Positions 1 through 11,108 of a stretch of DNA of 53,516 nucleotides are shown piece after piece (the first letter of the stretch is position 1; each line of letters starts with the position of its first letter). The position numbers and the translations under genes are program-made. The notes beneath the pieces were generated by a model, which had not been told where the DNA came from, ran no database searches, and saw only the letters and a list, made by a program, of their open reading frames with translations. Source of the DNA: Paraglomus brasilianum (Eukaryota); the NCBI GenBank assembly GCA_910592345.1, contig CAJVPI010000107.1, positions 1 to 53,516 of the forward strand, read 5' to 3'.

Positions 1-17
1 GAATTGCTATTACCCTA

Positions 18-493
18 ATGACTGAGGTTCTATCTCAACAAGTGCCATCGGGTCTTACGAGTTTGCGCTGGCCAGATTCAATTACCATCTTCAATGAATA
101 TTACAAAGCGGAAGTTCCTTTAAAGGCAAAATTTTTGCCTTTATTCGAAAAATGTCAAAACGACTCGGTAATAAAATGTTTATTTGATGGTTACCTAGCA
201 AAGTTGTTTGGATTTAAAGTCGATTATCAGCCAACAAAAACGGTTTGCGTTCCGGTTTTGAGCTCAGTTGATACAGTTGTGCAAAGGACTTCTAAAAAGC
301 TCAAGGATAATACCAAAAAGAGGAATTACAACGAAAATGGCTCGAACAGGCGGTCGAGCTGAACAAAGAAATTGAAAACGGGAAATTTCAAGAATCTCTA
401 CAAAAGTTTATGCAACGTACAGACAAGTCCATGCAAGAAGAAGATGCTACACAGTCAAAGCGTGTGAGAGTCGCGGGAAGCAATCCGCGGTAA
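18..493 (+). other. Coding-like fragment of unknown family at the window edge (possibly a frameshifted 3' gene end)
   Basis: 114-aa ORF at 18-362, continuing in another frame to about 493. A diverged second copy of 124-231 lies at 2013-2110. No family recognised. Confidence 0.25.
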
Positions 494-944
494 TTGAGAA
501 GCAGGGGTTTTTGACAATCATTACATTTTAAGCTTTTATTTTTAACACAGACTCCCTATTTTTTCATATTACAGTATGCATATTTTTTAAGTTATATATT
601 ACCGCAATTTTGTCAAGAATTTTAGTTAATGATTTTACGATTTAAGTTTTTTTTAAGATATACTTGGTCCTCAAACACATTTTTAATTGCTATATACTCT
701 CTTGGGTTAAATAAAAACCTATAAGGTCGTTATACTAACACCTACCACTATCTTTTCTGTTCGACTATTCTACTGAAATCTAATGCCGTAGAGTCACAAA
801 AAGTTCTAATCCGGATACACACATAATAAATGAACCTTTGTAAAAGTCGTTTGGATCTTTGTAATGGATCCGGATTAGTGCATAGATTGTTTGTTGTACA
901 AGACAATCTGAATCCACTCGTGGCACGAGAAATTCGTTGAAGAA

Positions 945-1106
945 AAAGTCCGGTTTAACGAAGGTCCGGTTTAACGAAGGTCCGGTTTAACGAAGATGGC
1001 TTTATAACGAATCATATATTATAAAAATAAAGTCCGCTTTAACGAATATTCCGCATTAACGAAGTCAGGCGATGGAACGGAGCACTTCGTTAAACCGGAC
1101 TTTACT
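945..1106. mobile_element. Tiny pogo/Tigger-type MITE remnant with internal 16-bp tandem repeats
   Basis: Perfect 19-bp inverted repeat AAAGTCCGGTTTAACGAAG at 945-963 versus 1085-1103. GTCCGGTTTAACGAAG occurs 3 times in tandem at 948-995, with further degenerate TTAACGAA copies. Confidence 0.65.
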
Positions 1107-2318
1107 TTGAAGATTTGAGTCATCGATGGCTAAATGTACTGAGCGTAGTGGCCATTGTAGCAGATTCGTCTGCAGGAAAGAATGGCCAAATTGTGTAGTA
1201 GAAGGGTACTCTTCAACCGACTGCGCTCGAGCCGCACGGCTACACTTGCAATAAACATTCAACAAACGATTATTAAACGGACTCAAAGTTCAATACATTT
1301 TCAACAAATATGAATTTTGGCGGGCAACGCCGTTGTTATTGTGACACAACTATATTCTGACCAACGAAAAACATTTCCCTGTTGACAAACCAACTCCCTA
1401 ATTAGGATGAACATCCTAATTTGGAAATGGAGAGACCTGTGGATATTGGAATGAGATTATGTACCAAATAATCTATGTAAGTATTATTCGATTGAATTGT
1501 TTGTAATCACATTGCAATTCTGTTATTTGCACAGTTCATAGAATTCAACATTTCATGGTCCTATTCATTTTTAGGCAGAAAAAAAAGAGAATATCTTCAT
1601 GTCCATGAATAATAAGTTTCTGCTACTACTTCAACAAACACTATTACTCGCAGATTCTTCTAGCATAGTGAAGAATCAAGTGATGATGAACTGACTCTCC
1701 TAGAGTGTAAGCGTTGATGTATCCTCTATCTCCGGGACTGTATACCTCAACCAATCACTGGTGTATATGAATATATGATAGCTAAATTTAATGGCGGTCA
1801 TAAATCTGGACACTAAGCACATGTACAAAGGTTGTACAATATATGTTATTTATCACATGTATGATGTATGCGATTAAGATTATAAGATTTGTATTCGAAA
1901 TAATGCTTATAAATAAACTGTTACAATATGGTCGACAATAAACTTTGCAAAGGTGACTTATCTTTGACGGCGGAAAATTCCTCGAAGCAATTGGAAATAT
2001 TCGACTGTTATCAGGCAAAATTTTTGCCTTTATTCGAAAATGTCAAAGCGATTCGGTAATTTTGATAATTACCTGGCAAAATTACTTAGACTCAAGGTTG
2101 AATTTCAGCAGTTTGAGTTTCGTTTTTGAGTACAATATGCCGGTTATGGAATATGCATCCAAGAAAGAGACGGAGGAATTATATCAGCTATAGAACAAGA
2201 TGATAAGCTAAACAATAATTAAATCGCTCGGAATTAGTTCAGCCTTAATTGCCGCAACTACTGTAACAAGGGCATTCTTATTAGGTTCTGACCCGAGAAA
2301 GAATAACACTATTGATTA

Positions 2319-2540
2319 CAGGTAAACCCTGTTTAAACCGGGCGCCCTGTTTTACTATTACTGGTTTTTGTCACCAGATCATGTGATATAAATTATGTAT
2401 TTATTATGATTGATTGGTTAATCTCGTGACACGATTTTCGGAAAATGCTCAGCCTCCAATTCTACTAAAAGATCGTGCCGCTTTAAGATTTTATTGATAT
2501 TTGGTATAGTTGTTGGGGAGCCGGTTAAAACCGAGACCTG
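2319..2540. mobile_element. Degenerate MITE-like element
   Basis: TA-CAGGTAAACCCTGTTTAAACCGG at the left end. The right end reads CAGGTCTCGGTTTTAACCGG in reverse complement (imperfect TIR). Confidence 0.3.
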
Positions 2541-2654
2541 TTTGGTCAGCGCCGACTTGCCTTGTTACTTGCTACGTTAATATTAATTTCTATCTTGACC
2601 AATTATGAGGTCAGTCTTCAACAAAAACGAGAAAACGGGATGTATTGCTATACT

Positions 2655-3085
2655 TCACATGTTAATGCATTGCCTTTCTGACAAACTAACATTCTGAGTC
2701 ACGTTGTGTTGCTGTCCAATTTTGAGAGAAACTTCACCGTGCTGACATAATGTCCGTTCATCATTCGGTTTAATCTCCAATGATTTATTGAAATCCTTCA
2801 AAGCATTGTCATATTGCTTTAGCTCATAATAAGCAGATTTTCTTCTAGACAATGCCCATGCATCATTTGTTTTTCTTTTCAACAAGTTATTAAAATTGTT
2901 TAATGCATCATCATATTGCTCAAGACTATGATAAATATTTCCAATATAAATGCATTATTTGGTTCGATTTCCAATAATTTATTGAAATCATGTAAGGCAT
3001 TGTATTCATAAACCCCTTGTCTCCAACGTTTGGGGATTATTTGGTTCAATTTCTAATGATTTGTTGGCATCTTTCAATGCATTAT
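2655..3085 (-). pseudogene. TPR-repeat protein pseudogene fragment
   Basis: Successive TPR units (ALKDANKSLEIEPNN; ALHDFNKLLEIEPNN; AYYELKQYDNALKDFNKSLEIKPND) fall in different frames with frameshifts. No start context. Confidence 0.75.
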
Positions 3086-3375
3086 ACTAATACTGCTGGA
3101 AAAGACGTCCAGCAAGATAAAAACCCATTCCCTGCCTATTTGAAGCCGGGTAAGCATAATATTGCAAAAGTTGTAGCTGCAAAAATTTCTCTTTTTGCTC
3201 CTGCATCATAGTAACATACCTCTAAGTTCTATGTCACGCATTCACCAATTATTTTATTACCTTATTCATGTTTCACAAACTGAAATTCTTGGGGCTACCC
3301 ATCTTTACCTCTAGTAATGGGGCATATGTTCCATGTGAACAAAGTACGTGTATAACATCTCCAGTTTCATTGCTA

Positions 3376-4570
3376 CAGTCCCCGGCAAAAATAATGGCGG
3401 TGACAATCATTTTATAGTTTTCATACAAATTCATTATAATAATATGTAAATGTATTAATTTACTTAATGCGTCTTGTCTTTATATTTGCATTTAATAATC
3501 TCAGTGAGATTTGAACTTATAATAACTGTCTCAAATATACCATAAGATGTTCGCGTTTTTCGACTTGTTAATTAAAATTTAGAAGATTACAAATCGAAAA
3601 ATATAATTTTTGCTGATATACAGTAGGATGCAAAAGTATCCCCCCACTTCTAATTCAGGACACGAATGAGTAAACGCTTTGAAAGTTTCCCTGTATATAT
3701 TGTATAATAAACCCTGATCACTTGTAAAATTTCAGCTTGATCGGATGTCTCCAGCAAAATTTCTAAACACCAAAGTTTTTACCATGACATATTTCGGGGT
3801 TTCAGTCATAAAAGTTCAAAAATTCATATCTCAACACTTCTCTAACCAAAGTTTGTGATATTTTTTTGTTTTGTTTCTCTGAACCATCAAATTGCATTCA
3901 TGTAATTTTAGAACAAATTACTGTGTAATCGCTACTACAAAATACAAAAAATTGTACGCCATAATTATACTTATGAAAATAGTTCACGTGTATTGCCAAG
4001 TATGATAGCGATTTCGACCACCACATCTAAAGAAATACATAGGAATTGGTTTGATAAACAAAACAAAAAAAAAGATCCCGCAAATCAATTAGAAACATGT
4101 GGAGATATGGAATTTTGAAGTATATATTGAAATAAGTGATGTAGGGTTTTTATGTGTTTTATATGTTTTTCATATGTTTTAGAGGCAAATATTGGATGTT
4201 TGTAAATTTTTACTGGAGACATCCAATCAAGCTGAAATTTTACGAGTGATCAGACTATATACAGGGAAACTTTCAAAGCATTTACTCATTCGTGTCCTGG
4301 ATTAGAAGTGGGGGGGATACTTTTGCATCCTACTGTAGGTCTAATCTGTTAATGTAAAGAAGCTTTTACATTTGCTTTTTGTCAACTTACTCAAAATTTT
4401 ATTCATAAAATTAGATTTAAATTAATATGATCTAAAAGAGTGCCACTTTCATCTTGATTTTTTTGCAAGTTATAATATTAGTCTTGAACTTCTGTTAAAT
4501 AAAAAAACAATAAGAGCAAAATCGATATATTAAATAATACTGGCCGCCATTATTTCGCCGGCAATCTCTG
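3376..4570. mobile_element. Older Tc1-like non-autonomous element hosting a nested insertion
   Basis: TA-CAGTCCCCGGCAAAAATAATGGCGG at 3376-3400 is inverted with CCGCCATTATTTCGCCGG at 4544-4561. The right terminus is degenerate. Confidence 0.55.
3621..4335. mobile_element. Tc1/mariner-type foldback MITE with long TIRs and TA target duplication
   Basis: TA|CAGTAGGATGCAAAAGTATCCCCCC...GGGGGGATACTTTTGCATCCTACTG|TA. The arms are near-identical for about 150 bp and stay recognisably inverted to about 250 bp. No ORF. Confidence 0.9.
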
Positions 4571-5158
4571 AAGTACTTGGAATATTATTATAACATTGTC
4601 AATCTGTTTCTCTAGAATCTTTAATAATCATTGAGAAGGATTTCGCTGTAGTATCCTTTCCTATCCTGAAAGACTTGCACATATAAGTCAGTATTATGTA
4701 TACAAAAATATTACAGAAGTAGACACAGTTATAAGCGTGTATTTTTTTGTCATTACTTGTGAGATAAGCTTTAACAATGCTGTTGAATATGTAGAAGTGT
4801 AATCGCAAAGTGTACCAAAACGCATGCAGAGTATCCTCGATATATACAAAGAGCGACCAACAGTTTCCTTTAAATTCTTAATATTAATGTGATTTTCGCG
4901 TATTTATCGATCTGCATTGTATTTATACTTTATGTACGACAAGGATAAAACTGTATGACGTTTAACCTCGGAGTTCGAGGTCCTGCTTTCCTCAACTAAA
5001 TCTGGCCAGATAATAAACAAAACCACGCAGTTTGACCAACTCGACAGAACAACTATGGTGGTTCAATAGCGGACATTCATTTTCTTCTTGATTGTAGACA
5101 ATTTACAGCTTTTTCTCACGCTAGATCAGTGCTAACGGCAATTATTTAAGGATATATC

Positions 5159-7810
5159 ATGGACTTCCATTACATTGAACCCGAAAGTACTAGTACGTCC
5201 GAGTCTGAACAAGATGCAAGAGTGGTTGTAGGAATAGGTGAGTGGCTTGTTTGTGAATACTATGTACTGGAATATGGCTAATCTTTAGCATATACATTGA
5301 ATGGCTTATTTCGTTTCAAGATTTCGGCACTACTTTCTCTGGTATGTGACATACGAGTGATCCCAATTTCTGTAATGAAATGCAAAAAAAAAAAGTTTTA
5401 CCTTCTGAGTTACTGATCAAGTAATGGGATAGCTCTGCTAACATGTTACTTTCTCATTAGGATTTGCCTACGCTAATAAAGTAAACAAGAACACAATAGA
5501 AACACACGACACATGGTAACTTTCTGTTTTCCTATAATCAATGTTTCAATTCATACATTATCCAAAGTATCTAATTATTCACATATGAACAGGCCGGAAC
5601 AACGAGGCGCGTTAAAAACTCCAACGGCCCTTCTCTATGCTGAAGATTGGAAAGTACACAAGTGGGGCGTACCTGCTCTTGCTGTTCGGCCAAAGAAGAA
5701 GAAGGGAAAAGGTGCACGAAACATTGACACAAAACCCGTCGAACTGTTCAAACTACATCTGGGTGATATGAAAGATGTCGAGAAGCCACCGTTGCCTGAT
5801 GGATTGGATTTCAGGAAAGCTATTACAGATTATTTAGCAGAGTTTGGAAAGGTTCGTTCAAAGGACGAGGATGGATAGGATGCGGTAGGGAATTGTTGGT
5901 GGAGGGGGAAAGAAAATAACGATTCTTTTGGATTTGGAATTAAGCATGGAGGCAATTTAGTATTATTATTACTAGTAAAGATTGAATTTATCCATGCATT
6001 TATTGAAATTTTATTACGATACTGACTTTTATAAATTATTCTGTTATGGAACAGTTGATGAAGGAAACGTTGCTTGCAAGGTGGCCTGGGCTCGACTTTC
6101 ATAAGCACATTTTGAAGGTCATAACAGTTCCAGCAGAATTTGATGACAGAGCAAAATACATTATGAGGACATGCGCCCATGGCGCTGGATTGACCGACAA
6201 AGTCGATTCCGAATTGCTCGAATTTACGACTGAACGTGAGTATAATCTGTCGTCATTAGAACAATGGTGGTTACATGGACTTTGCGTTGTATAACGAATA
6301 CGGCTCTTACTGTGTTGATGTTGTTTTCTCTTTCTCCTCAATCCAGCTGAGGCAGCTGCCATATACTGTATGAAAGTATTGCAGCAGCATAATCTAAAAA
6401 AAGGATGTAAGTGATAAATCCAAATTTTTAAACTGTAATTATGTTAAGCATTGGTCATGTCTTAACTCATTTAATCTTTCATTTCCATGTCTCCTTTTAA
6501 TCCACTCATATCTCTGGCTATTCCCTCCAGCCTCGTTTATGATAGTAGATTGTGGGGGAGGAACAGTGGATCTCACAACTCGAACACTGTTGACTCAAGA
6601 CTGCCTCAGCGAAGTAACAGAACGCACAGGCGACTTTTGCGGTGGATCATACGTTGACAAAGAATTCGTTAAATATATGCGAAAATTAGTAGGCTCGGAA
6701 GCAATCGACAAGCTAGAAGCAAGCAACTACAGCCAATTGCAATACTTGATCCAAGAATTCTCTACGCAAATAAAACTCCAATTCACGGGCGAACCCGCAA
6801 AATTCAAACCGAAAGAGCTCGACATCGAAGACATGTGTCCAGCATTGATACAACACGTTGATGAAAAGACCAAAGCGGAGATGGAGAAAACGGAATGGCT
6901 GGTTGAATTGAACTACGTAACTGTTAAGATATTCTTTGACACGGTTGTCGACAAGATTTTGAGGTTAATCAGGAGCCAATTGAATTCTTCAAAGAGGATG
7001 GTATCGGCATTATTTATGGTTGGTGGGTTTTCGGAATCGCCATATGTTCTGAGAAGAGTTCGAGAGGAATACGGGAGAGAAGTCGAGATTATTGCTGTGC
7101 CGTCTGAGCCTATTGCTGCAGTAGTTAGAGGAGCTGTGTATTATGGTAAGTTTCGAAATGTCGAAATTTTGAGTGTAAAATCAACGCATGATGAAGGATT
7201 TTACAAATGTGTCAACTACGATAGACCTTTTTCCCTGACTATTGCTTGTTTGATTATTAGGCCTTAATATGAAAACAATACAAACGCGCGTCCTCAAACG
7301 TACATATGGCATCGAAATATGGGAGAAGGCTCGCCCTTGGGATCCAAAGGAGCGCCGAAACGATCGTGGTGTGGTCAAACTTTTCCACAAATTAGCTCAA
7401 CGTGGAACGGAAGTCGCAGTCGATGCCAAGTTTCTCTTTGAATGCTGGCCGATCTATCCAGAGCAGACTACAGTGAAATTTTTGATTTATACGACCGCAG
7501 AGGACGACGCAAAGTACTGCGATGATCCTGGAATGAAGCTATTCGGAAAATTGCATATTGGTGAGTTAATATTGTGTCAGAAATCTTTCCTAGATTAATG
7601 GTATACTAGTGCTGGCGATGCTGTTGACATCTTTTTGGTTGATGTTGTTTATTTACATCTTTTATTCATGTAGATCTTCCCGATCCTCATCTTGGACGTA
7701 ACAGACCAATTGATTTTACATTGACATTTGGTAAGATGGAAACCAAAGCCATAGCAACAAATAAACGCACTGGAGAACGATGTGAAGCGATATTTGCTTT
7801 AGAATTATAA
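5159..7810 (+). CDS. HSPA12-like atypical Hsp70 (actin-fold ATPase), 9 coding exons
   Basis: GT-AG exons at 5159-5237, 5321-5341, 5461-5515, 5593-5851, 6055-6235, 6347-6406, 6531-7145, 7261-7560 and 7674-7810 splice in frame. Motifs: VVVGIDFGTTFSGFAY, KTPTALLY, ITVPAEF, EPEAAA, IVDCGGGTVDL, CGGSYVD, MVGGFSESPY, AVVRGAV. Confidence 0.92.
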
Positions 7811-9202
7811 TTTAAAGTTTTTATACCACAATTGTGGATAACTTTACATTTGATAACACGTGTGCCGTAAGTACAATAACAACATTTCCCGAACTTGTTT
7901 TGCGACATTGTTATTCTCCTTAAATCTCGTTGCGGTACACGGTAATAATGGAGAAGCAGTGGTGTAGTTGTGCACCGCACGTTAGCGTGTCATTTGTAAG
8001 TGAAAAAGGAATGTTCCTTAAGAACAGATGTCTCACGGAGTTGTGATTCAATAAATTATCAAAACGTAGGTCAGCGTCCTTGTTGGATTCCATAGTGATG
8101 TATTTACTGTTTTTTTGCAATTCGACACATTAATTACATTTAATTCTTATCATCTCTGTTATTGACTAAAGACAAGCTGCAAATGACTTATTGTATTTAT
8201 TTTAATCGTCATACGCATCATGTGCGTTACTGCAGACTTGGACAATTAAATCGTGTGTGAGTTTGGTCAAGATGACATTTTGTGAGGAGAGTCATGTTAT
8301 TGGAGCATAAGGAGAATACAGACAATTTTCAAATCGTGCACGAACATGTGGATCTGACATTGAGAAAAAAGAATTCTATTTATTGATATCATGTTAATTC
8401 TCCACATTGTAAAAGCCAACTAACTATAAGAAATGTTGCTTCCGTCAATGCAGATCATAGATACTTTTGGGTGCTTCACCTGAACCACGTGAATTACGAT
8501 ACTGAAATTGGATTGTACGATCTCCCAGGCCAGGCGAAGCATTATTGCTAGAATTTGCTATTGCAGACTACCTACAAGTAATCGCAAATAGTGCACGGTT
8601 ACATTACCTGACGCAGCATCCTCTTTATCAGCCTGCGAGAATTAAAACTTTTTGCCTAGCCATGGAAACAACATGGGAAAGTTTCATATGCGATTACATC
8701 AAGTGTCTTACAGCCTTTTAGCAATGCTATATTACTTACCTCTACCTCTGAAATTCTTCAAGAAATACTTGTTAATCAAACTGTTGTCTTATGTCCCGCT
8801 TATCATTATGTGAGGGGGAAAAAAGAATAAATTACAATAAAATAAAATAAAATAATTATTGTTTTCGCTTTTACGTATTAGTATAGCGTGCCAGCCATGT
8901 GGGAACTGTGTTTATCGAGCCTTAGTTTTTAGTCAGACCCCTCTTGACTCACGACTCAAGTGAGGTATTCAAGTTTTGTATCTCAAACATTTAACGCGCA
9001 GTAGAGCCTTTGTTTTCTTTCGCTTTGCGTCTTCAGCAGTAAATAAACAGTTTGATAACAACCGACTTGTATTTACTACTTTACTGCGTTCTATTCACCT
9101 GATAAAAAAACGCAGCAAATTGCACGTGCACGACTAAATTGATATTTACTTGACCAATTGCGATTTACCAATCCCACAATCTAGTGTTTCATCGCCGATT
9201 TG

Positions 9203-9210
9203 TATAAATA
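9203..9210 (+). promoter_or_regulatory. TATA box upstream of U1 snRNA
   Basis: TATAAATA lies at -35 to -28 relative to the U1 5' end at 9238. Confidence 0.6.
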
Positions 9211-9237
9211 GACCTGCTATTCGGTTTCCCCCAACTC

Positions 9238-9402
9238 ATACTTACCTGGCCGGGCCCAACCGTGATCACGAAGGCGGTAGGGCGGGCGGAGGTTGTCGGC
9301 ATTGCACGTCGCTGACGGCTTCTGTCTCGAACGTCCTTCGGGGTGTCTCGACGGCACAATTTTTGTTGGTTGGGGTAGCCGTGGTTCGCCGCAGCTGCCC
9401 CT
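9238..9402 (+). ncRNA. U1: U1 spliceosomal snRNA
   Basis: 5' end ATACTTACCTG. SL1 loop GATCACGAAG (U1-70K site). SL2 loop ATTGCACGTC (U1A site) on a 16-bp stem. SL3 with a UUCG loop. Sm site AATTTTTG at 9358-9365. Terminal SL4 GGGGTAGC...GCTGCCCC. Confidence 0.97.
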
Positions 9403-9587
9403 TTTATTATTTCAGAGAGAGGGAGTGAGCGAGGGTTACTGGATATGGGGGAATTATTGGGAAGTGGGATGCGCAGTTAGATTCTGGTTACTACTACACA
9501 GTGAAATTCACTTTAACGAGCACTCTTACTTGAACGAAGATGGCTTAAAACGAAGTATTAATTTCGGATAACAAAGATTTAAAGTGC

Positions 9588-10651
9588 TATACACAGTGGC
9601 TCTCGATAAGACGAAGTCGGACCAAAAGGTTCATCGTATAGGGAGTTTGACAGAAAACAGATTAGTATATACTTCAATACTATTTAATTTGCGGTTCTTT
9701 GAAAGAAAAGAGTATAGTCAACCCTTCATAAATGTACGCTCTAGCCTTCACATCCTACCATCAAAGAGAAAATAACTGGTCCAAGTCCAGAATCGATTTC
9801 ATCTTTACATCCCCTACCATCTTCTCTTCTCTATCGCTCACTACACACAACATGGGTGCCGATTCAGATTTTTGCGTGTCAGTACAAACGCAATTAGCTA
9901 ACTTAGAATATGATTAGTTGTTTTATATCGAGCGATCTCGTTATAACGAAGGTCGTATTTGAGTCACGTGAAACATCATTGTATCAAGCGGAAATTTCTT
10001 TATTATATACAGTATGCAATTGTTCAGATAACTATTTTATCTTAGAAAAGAATCTAAGGTGTCGATATTTGCCAGAGTTGCAAAGGCTTTTGCAAAATAT
10101 GACCAGATATGACTTGGGAAACTTGATTTGCGTGTTCTAACCACGTATAAAGAGCTTCAATTACGGTATATGCAGCAGTTCTCGTCTAGAATCAGCCAGT
10201 ACGATGAATTTTTGAGAATGGTAGAGACAGTGTTTTCTTTAATTCCATACAGTTTAGCAAGCGTTGCATGAGTCAAATCAGGTTGAGCTTTCTTTTTTAA
10301 ACACAAATCTCTTTTTTGAACGCCCGTTAGAGAAACTCGCTTTATTGCAGGTTTTTTACTAATCGTACTTCTATTGTTCATTGTCTTTTAATTGCTGCGA
10401 GAATGAGTTAAAGAGAATAAAACTTATCACAAAAACATCGCAATTTAATTGGTTTAATTTAATATTAATATTAATATGATGTTCTGCTCGATACCAATTA
10501 TGTTGATGATTTACGAACTTTGTTATATCGAGATCATTTTATTTATATAAATCGCGCAACAGCATCATTATCGCGAGATTATAAGTAATCTTCATTACAT
10601 CAAGCCCAATTTTATTAAACTGAGTCAGGGTCATTATAGCCACTGTGTATA
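9588..10651 (-). mobile_element. Internally deleted pogo/Tigger element retaining the CENP-B-type N-terminal HTH
   Basis: Inverted termini TATACACAGTGGC (9588-9600) and GCCACTGTGTATA (10639-10651). ORF 10157-10381(-) reads KRVSLTGVQKRDLC...LTHATLAKLYGIKENTVSTILK, a CENP-B N-terminal HTH. Confidence 0.75.
9735..9875 (+). mobile_element. Fragment of non-LTR retrotransposon (LINE) APE-like endonuclease
   Basis: FTSYHQRENNWSKSRIDFIFTSP...GADSDF resembles the T(Y/F)...SRIDY(I/F)...SDH C-terminal motifs of EEP endonucleases. Confidence 0.5.
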
Positions 10652-10928
10652 ACGTTGAACGAAGTTTTCATAAAACCAGGCATTATAAAATTAACCGTTC
10701 ATTTGGGCGAATTTATTCGTATAACAAAGTTCGTTATACAATTAACTAATCAGAATCATCGATCTCAATCTTTCAATAAAGATCTAAAGCTTCCACATTG
10801 TTGTGTCTTAGACTGTAAATTATAATACGCTTGCTCCCTATCAAATAAGATCGAAGATGCTGGAATCGACTGTTCTCGTACTAAAGATAAAAAATGTTTA
10901 TGTCTAGTATTGACAGTATTCTGTTATA

Positions 10929-11108
10929 CAGTCAACTCTGTCTATGCCGGCCTTTTTATACCGGTTTCGCCTTTACCGGTCCAATTTCGCTGCACCAAAA
11001 GATTGTATATTAATCTCACCCCTTATAACGGCTGAATCATATACCGGTCTCTCGTTATAACGGCCAAAAACGCCAAACCACTCACGCCGGTATAGACAGA
11101 GTTGACTG
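10929..11108. mobile_element. 180-bp pogo/Tigger-type MITE with TA target duplication
   Basis: TA|CAGTCAACTCTGTCTATGCCGGC...GCCGGTATAGACAGAGTTGACTG|TA, a 23-bp TIR with one mismatch. Internal ACCGG/AACGG repeats. Confidence 0.92.

Noticed and set aside
948..995. CRISPR-like exact direct repeats
   Set aside because: The repeats are contiguous with no spacers, there are no cas genes, the context is eukaryotic, and they are explained as a MITE TIR motif.
8380..9050. Minus-strand splice-like signals (AG|GTAAGT, CAG|...|GTAATG) divergent from U1
   Set aside because: I could not assemble an open frame or recognise a family, and one implied intron is only about 36 nt.
9150..9571. ORFs 9150-9428 and 9293-9571
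   Set aside because: They arise from the GC-rich U1 snRNA sequence, use non-ATG starts and show no protein motifs.
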